Source of the DNA: Octopus sinensis
Lineage: Eukaryota
Assembly (NCBI RefSeq): GCF_006345805.1
Contig: NC_043003.1
Location: 78,306,001-78,370,000 of the forward strand
Reading direction: 5' to 3'
Length of the DNA: 64,000 nucleotides
This document shows, in pieces, positions 26,060-64,000 of this stretch (its first letter is position 1; the number at the start of each line of letters is the position of its first letter). A model generated the notes under the pieces. The model ran no database searches. It was not told where the DNA came from and saw only the letters and a list, made by a program, of their open reading frames with translations. Made by a program: the position numbers and the translations under genes.

Positions 26060-26245
26060 TGACCGCATGTGTATTGTTGCCGATTTTCTTTCTCCATCTT
26101 CCCTTCCTTGGACTTTTCCCTTTTCTATGTTTATGACGAAGAGCTCTGCTCGAAATGTTAAATCCTCCTTCTTTCTTTCCTTTCCCGAGCATCCAATAAC
26201 ACTATACTTGTTCCATGTCCTCACGTTTTTTCTCTTTGTTTATGT
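26060..26245 (+). mobile_element. Penelope-like terminal repeat remnant with decayed hammerhead motif (26129-26163)
   Basis: GTTT ATGACGA A GAGC tct GCTC GAAA TGTT AAA. Confidence 0.55.
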
Positions 26246-27090
26246 TTGGATTAACTATATATATATATATATATATATATGCATGCATGTGTTACTGTCT
26301 CTTTGCCTTGACATTGTGTGATAATTGTAAGCAAGTGTCACCATCATGCAATGCAGTTGGTGTCCTTTGTTTCCAATCTTCCATGAAAAAATGTTAGTCA
26401 TGGGGAAATATGACCTTACTTCGAAACAGGTGAGGATTGGCAACAGAAAGGACATAATTGTAGAAAATATGTCTCCACAAATTATGCGCAACCCATACAA
26501 GCATGGAAAAGTGAATGTTCAAACAATAGTCAAGAATGATAAAAATATTGGTCAAGTTAGTAAAATGAAATGAAAACTAGAACTAAATTGTTAGGAAATA
26601 AATTTTCTAACTATACACAATCAGGGTTTTTAATTTTTTTTTCTGATTAATAAAAAATATTCAAAATGGTTTAAAACTTTATTCAAATTTTATTTAGTTG
26701 TAAAACTCTAAATAGTAACAAATTTATAACTTGAAGCCAAGCATTGGAAAAATACTGTTTATGAAAATATTTATGATAAAATAGTTAAATATATGCTTTT
26801 CCCATGTATTCAAACACCATTATTTTTGGCAAGTTCTTTGGATTTTTTCTTTAAGTTTTTAATTTATTTTTAAACATTGTTCCTCTAACTATTGTCCAGC
26901 TATTGGAAGGGACAAACCATACAATATTCACTCATTTTAATGTCTGTTGAGTTTTTTTTTTGGTTTATTTTTATAAATATATTTTGTTTTTGTTTTTATT
27001 CTTTGTCTGGCTAGTTGGTTGGTTGGTTGGCTGGTTGGTTATAAATAAAAAAATAAAACAAAACAAAGAATATCCTAATTAAGAAGTATT

Positions 27091-59040
<31,950 letters not shown>

Positions 59041-59766
59041 CTGAAATGAAAGACAACCAAGACTTGTAAGGAGGCACAGCGGTTATAGTTATGGTAGTGA
59101 TTGTATTATGGCAGTGATAATGGTTGTGGTGGTGAGAATTATTATATATGACACTATAATGCGTATACTTTAATTCAATAAATGTTTACACGTGTTCAAA
59201 AATAATTTCGGGCTTCTAACACCTAGAGGGAACATGTATGTCTTACAAATGGAAGATCACAATTTCTACTCAGTGGGATTTCATTAAATTTCTTCTTCCT
59301 TTTATTCGTCAGTCTCGTATGCTTTTCATAGGGCTCATGCTCTCGAAATTACTTTAGAAGCAATAGTGAATGATCTACCAACATAAAAAATAAATCTATA
59401 ATAATTAAGACCTCAGTTAATAACAAGTCGTTTAAATTCAACGTTATTTAAAAATATGTTTAATTTAAATAAATCATGCAACCCAATTATGTAACTGAAT
59501 CATTTCGTCACAATTACAGTATTAATTATATGCGAAATTTATATATATATACTCTTTACTCTTTTACTTGTTTCAGTCATTTGATTGCGGCCATGCTGGA
59601 GCACCGCCTTTAATCGAGCAACTCGACCCCGGGACTTATTCATTGTAAGCCCAGTACTTATTCTATCGGTCTCTTTTGCCGAACCGCTAAGTGACGGGGA
59701 CATAAACACATCAGCATCGGTTGTCAAGCAATGCTAGGGGGACAAACACAGACACACAAACACACA

Positions 59767-59807
<41 letters not shown>

Positions 59808-60264
59808 GACGGGCTTCTTTCAGTTTCCGTCTACCAAATCCACTCACAAGGCTTTGGTCGGCCCGAGGCTATAGTAGAAGACACTTGCCCAAAGCGCCAC
59901 GCAGTGGGACTGAACCCGGAACCATGTGGTTGGTAAGCAAGCTACTTACCACACAGCTACTCCTTTTTGTAAATACAGTAATTCTAAATTAACTCATGTC
60001 CTATAAAGTGTGTTGTATACTTAGACACTTACATCCAAGTATCATATTTAAATGATACATTGTGGCACACTTATCTCTAAGTGCATAGCTAACTTATTTA
60101 ATTCATTGAAAATATCATTTGATACATAAATAATTTAAAGAAGCATGCGTCCAGGTGATGAGATTCTATTATATTGATAGCCTGACCTTTTTGTAGTTAT
60201 ACCAGTATTTTCTCTCTTGTACATGTTATAATTACGGAGAATTTTACGGCAAGACTCTGTCTGT

Positions 60265-60651
60265 ATGTTTGTCTATGACCCAGTGAAGACCTCAATAAAA
60301 TGTGAGCACAACAGACCTGATATAATGATTTGGGATAGAGAAGAGAAACTGAGCACAGTTGTGGAAATTAGCTGCCCAGCAGATGTTAACATAAAGCTGA
60401 AGATCAGTGTAAAAGAAAATACCTACGCTGAACTATTGAGAAATCAGCAGTTGCTCTATCCAGATTACAAGTTCAGGTTTATACCTGTAATTATTGGGGC
60501 CCTAGGATATGTAACACACTGCTTAAATACCAATCTTGAGAAATTAAGCTTCTCAAAACCAGAAAGGAGAAAGCTAATTCTAAGACTACAGATCCAGTCC
60601 ATCACTGGAACTTTAAAAATCTGTAAAACTCTCCAGAAGTTTATCATTTAA
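60265..60651 (+). mobile_element. RLE-endonuclease C-terminus of an R4/Dong-like non-LTR retrotransposon
   Basis: HNRPDIMIWD...VVEISCPADVNI...KENTY...FIPVIIGALG matches the PD-(D/E)xK RLE pattern; stop at 60651. Confidence 0.8.
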
Positions 60652-60887
60652 ATATATATGAGCATGTCTAAATATGAAACTATATGCATGAGAATACATA
60701 CATAAAGCAAAACATACAAATCTGTACATATACATACATATATACATAGAAACAAAAATATCCTGTTGTTGATGTTGAAATTCCAATGAAGGAGCCGTGA
60801 ATCCTAAGTTAGAAACCGGCTCTTTCTCTATTGGCAATAAATCTTGAAATAAAACTGAACAATGACATACATACATACATACATACA

Positions 60888-60919
<32 letters not shown>

Positions 60920-61577
60920 CATGCACACGCACGCACGCGCATGCGTATAATTTAAACAAAAATAAGCTAAGAGAAATAATTTAGAGTGGCCTGTAGCATG
61001 CATATAGCATAGAAGAATACAGGTGTGTGCTTAATTGGCAAAATATGACCATCCCCGAGTATTATAAAAAATAGCTTAAATTCTTGATTAATTAAAGTTA
61101 TCGCCACCTTGTCTCAATTACCCAATGGCGATTGCGACTATCTGCATAGGAAACAGGGAAATGCTCTCAAGAATCAAGAATACTCCAGAATTGTTATGCA
61201 ATGAAGGAAAAGAACAGGCTTATGGTTTGGAGACAAGAAAAATGTCACGTTCTTGTGTTTCTGCCTCAATCGGTGCCATCAGCACGGCAGTTGTTCTCCC
61301 TTATTTCTAGTCACAAAGGGCATTTGACACACACAACTAAAAAAAAAAAAACAGAACACATATATGTCCTTGGTAATTTGCATAATTTAAACAAAGCTTA
61401 GCTAAGAGAAATAACTCAGATTATATGTTTGTGCGAGTACACGGCTGGGTGCGTGCGCACATGTATATATATGTGTGTGTTGTGTACTGATGTTGATAAA
61501 TCCATAGGAGCATGGTCGAATCATTTAGAATAAAGAACTCAAAGAAGATTGAGTGTTAATAAGTTAATATATAACGC

Positions 61578-61625
<48 letters not shown>

Positions 61626-62421
61626 TATATATATACATACACATATATCTCTTTTCTGGGACTGCAACAAACCGTCACTTTATCGTGCTGCTACTCTCTG
61701 AGAGATTTAGAAATGCAATGTTTCTAATATTTTTTTTAAAATACTAAAAAATGGACATGTAGGTGGCACTGTTTGCTAATGCAGGAAGCTTCAACATCCC
61801 AAATTCTTGTCATTGCATGAAAAACTACTTCTAAATACCCATACATATATACATCTTAGAACAGCCTATTAACAATACCTCTTCCACACAGCTCAACAAT
61901 GGTTAAGAATACATAGACATAGAAATAACTGCATAATCTAAAGCCTAACTGGTATGTAAAAGAATAACAAATATTACGGTCTGATTGAGTTACTTCGCCT
62001 ACTTTTGCTGTGGTCATCACATGACTGTATGGGCTTACAGAATGAAATCAGGCAATTGGCCAGACTGACACTTTCCAACCCATACTATTCATCACTGCAT
62101 ATCTGAGTGTGCAGTTTGGACATCCTATTATTAGAAGGGTGGTTATATCAGTCATGACACCTCGTCCAGCTGATTAACTACGTACCATAGGACAACTCTA
62201 TCAAGACTGTACCGGGGTTATACAACTATAACAAATATCCGAAGTCACTGCATCGTTGCTTAACCGTCGTTGCTATAATTTTCAGCCAAATCTCCTTCGC
62301 ATTACAACTCTAATGTTCTGAAAACAGAAAATAAGTACCAGCAAACTAATACGTACTGACTCAAGGGTTTTATACTGTTCCTCTTACAAATGTGTACTGT
62401 TGCGTTCTCGTTATCGGTTAA

Positions 62422-63315
62422 TTGCATACTCGACAGAGTGTAAATACCTTGAGAGAAAAGTTGGACCTAAGAAGCATCAGATGTGGTGTGCAAGAGAGAT
62501 GTCTGCGCTGGTATGGTCATGTGGCGAGAATGGATAAGGATAGCTGTGTGAAAAAGTGCCATACCCTAGCGGTTGAAGGAACCTGTGGAAGAGGTAGACC
62601 CAGGAAGACCTGGGATGAAGTGGTGAAGCATGACCTTCGAACATTAGGCCTCACCGAAGCAATGACTAGTGACCGAGACCTTTGGAGATATGCTGTGCTT
62701 GAGGATACCCGGCAAGCCAAGTGAGACTGTAACCTCGTGGCCTATTCCAGGGGTGTAACCAGCCTACATATGCGTACCTTTCCTTCATTGGACGCTAAAC
62801 TCTGCTTGCGAAGACCTGTTTAGGCAAGTGAAATCGAAATCAAATTCGATGACTGGCATCCTTGCGAGTGGAGCGCTAAGAGCACCATCCGAGCGTGATC
62901 GTTGCCAGAGCAGCTAACTGGCTTCTGTGCCGGTGGCACGTAAAAAGCACCGTTCGAGCGTGATCGTTACCAGCGTCGCCCTATTGGCACTTGTACCGGT
63001 GGCACGTGAAAAAATATTCGAGCGAGGTCATTGCCAGTGCCGCTGGACTGGCTCATGTGCAGGTGGCACGTAAAAACACCATTTGAGAGTGGCTGTTGCC
63101 AATACCGCCTGACTGGCTCTCGTGCCGGTGTCACGTAAAAGCACCCACTACACTCTCGGAGTGGTTGGCGTTAGGAAGGGCATCCAGCTGTAGAAACTCT
63201 GCCAGATCAGATTGGAGGCTGGTGCAACCATCTGTTTCGCCAGTCCTCAGTCAAATCGCCCAACCCATGTTAGCATGGAAAGCGGACGTTAAACGATGAT
63301 GATGATGATGATGAT
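62422..63315 (+). mobile_element. RTE-type LINE 3' end (RT C-terminus, 3'UTR with internal subrepeats, (GAT)n tail); parent of repeat family C
   Basis: LRWYGHVARM...GRGRPRKTWDEVVKHDL...DRDLWR. The same 3'UTR recurs at about 1270-1455, 2750-3220, 10945-11220, 13200-13440, 14395-14650, 24360-24625, 32000-32290, 38335-38870, 42135-42470, 45741-46425. Confidence 0.88.
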
Positions 63316-64000
63316 GAATCGAATAGACCCGTTCATTTAGATAGTATGGGCCTTGTGCTTTGATAAAAACTTCCTGTATTCGATGGTGTATCGGTACAAA
63401 AGCCTCATATCTGATAAAAATCAATATAAGAGGCTAATTCAGCTTCGCATATACTCTTTAAGATAAAGTGCATTTTCATTGTTAAAACCAAACAGATGTT
63501 CTACGTACGATACAGTACATAGTAGATATTGCTGAATGGAAAATAAACCAGGCAAATTATGACATAACTGAAAAACATTATATGTTATTAACCCTATTTT
63601 TAGCACGTAGAAAATAGTTACGTTGGATCGGAGTCAAAAATGTACGCGCACGCGCACACACACGAACACACACACACGCACACATATATACTCACACACG
63701 CGTGCACACACAATCTATTTTTATTTAGCATCTTTATCCCATCGGAATGCTCATTCCTTGGTTTATCTTTTTCATTCTAGAAATATCTATGTGTATCGTT
63801 ACGTATTCCCATAACGATACAGTTGAACACAGCCGTGTTGCTAAACGTGTGAGACTGACGGACGAACGACTTATAAATCCAGATTCGGAATAGGTTGATG
63901 AGAGCTCACATGAGCAACAAACAGTCTAAGAAGAACTATAGTAGCTTAATTAAATATTGGACAGCGGTGAGAGATATTCTGGGATATATTTCAACCATGA

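Noticed and set aside
16500-27000. Search for a third gene between USP39 and PKG
   Set aside because: Only short ORFs in repeats; no recognisable protein motif or consistent exon chain on either strand.
60783-60825. CCAATGA...GAAACCGG hammerhead-like string in the LINE 3' region
   Set aside because: Core deviates at two invariant positions and stems do not close.
61122-61141. Candidate 20-nt PKG micro-exon (cag|ATAGTC...TTGG|gtaatt)
   Set aside because: Phase fits, but IVAIAIG does not resemble the PKG autoinhibitory linker. No N-terminal PKG exon could be identified in 59041-64000.

Overview
AT-rich animal genomic DNA, dense in microsatellites and SINEs. The intron style and repeat families suggest a coleoid cephalopod (Octopus-like); this is inference, not verified. 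Two multi-exon genes were reconstructed by hand, both on the minus strand and both cut by the window edge. (1) USP39/Sad1, the catalytically dead spliceosomal DUB: 9 coding exons from ATG 15871 down to 835, with the C-terminus beyond position 1. (2) A cGMP-dependent protein kinase (PKG/PRKG, foraging-like): 16 exons from 59040 to the stop at 27091, covering CNB-A, CNB-B, kinase and AGC tail, with the N-terminal zipper/autoinhibitory exons apparently beyond 64000. All listed junctions are GT-AG and phase-consistent. The rest is introns and intergenic DNA with at least four SINE-like families, RTE/CR1/CRE/R4-type LINE fragments, hAT, pogo and Helitron remnants, and hairpins. Most notable: a TSD-flanked element (39520-40009) in which a tRNA-like Pol III head sits between two inverted Penelope-type repeats, each carrying a minimal hammerhead-ribozyme motif; a near-intact hammerhead at 47130-47177; a 114-bp-arm hairpin whose transitions are all A:C mismatches in the USP39 pre-mRNA; and a tandem copy of a PKG exon end with its own donor site. 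Most ORFs in the supplied track are spurious.
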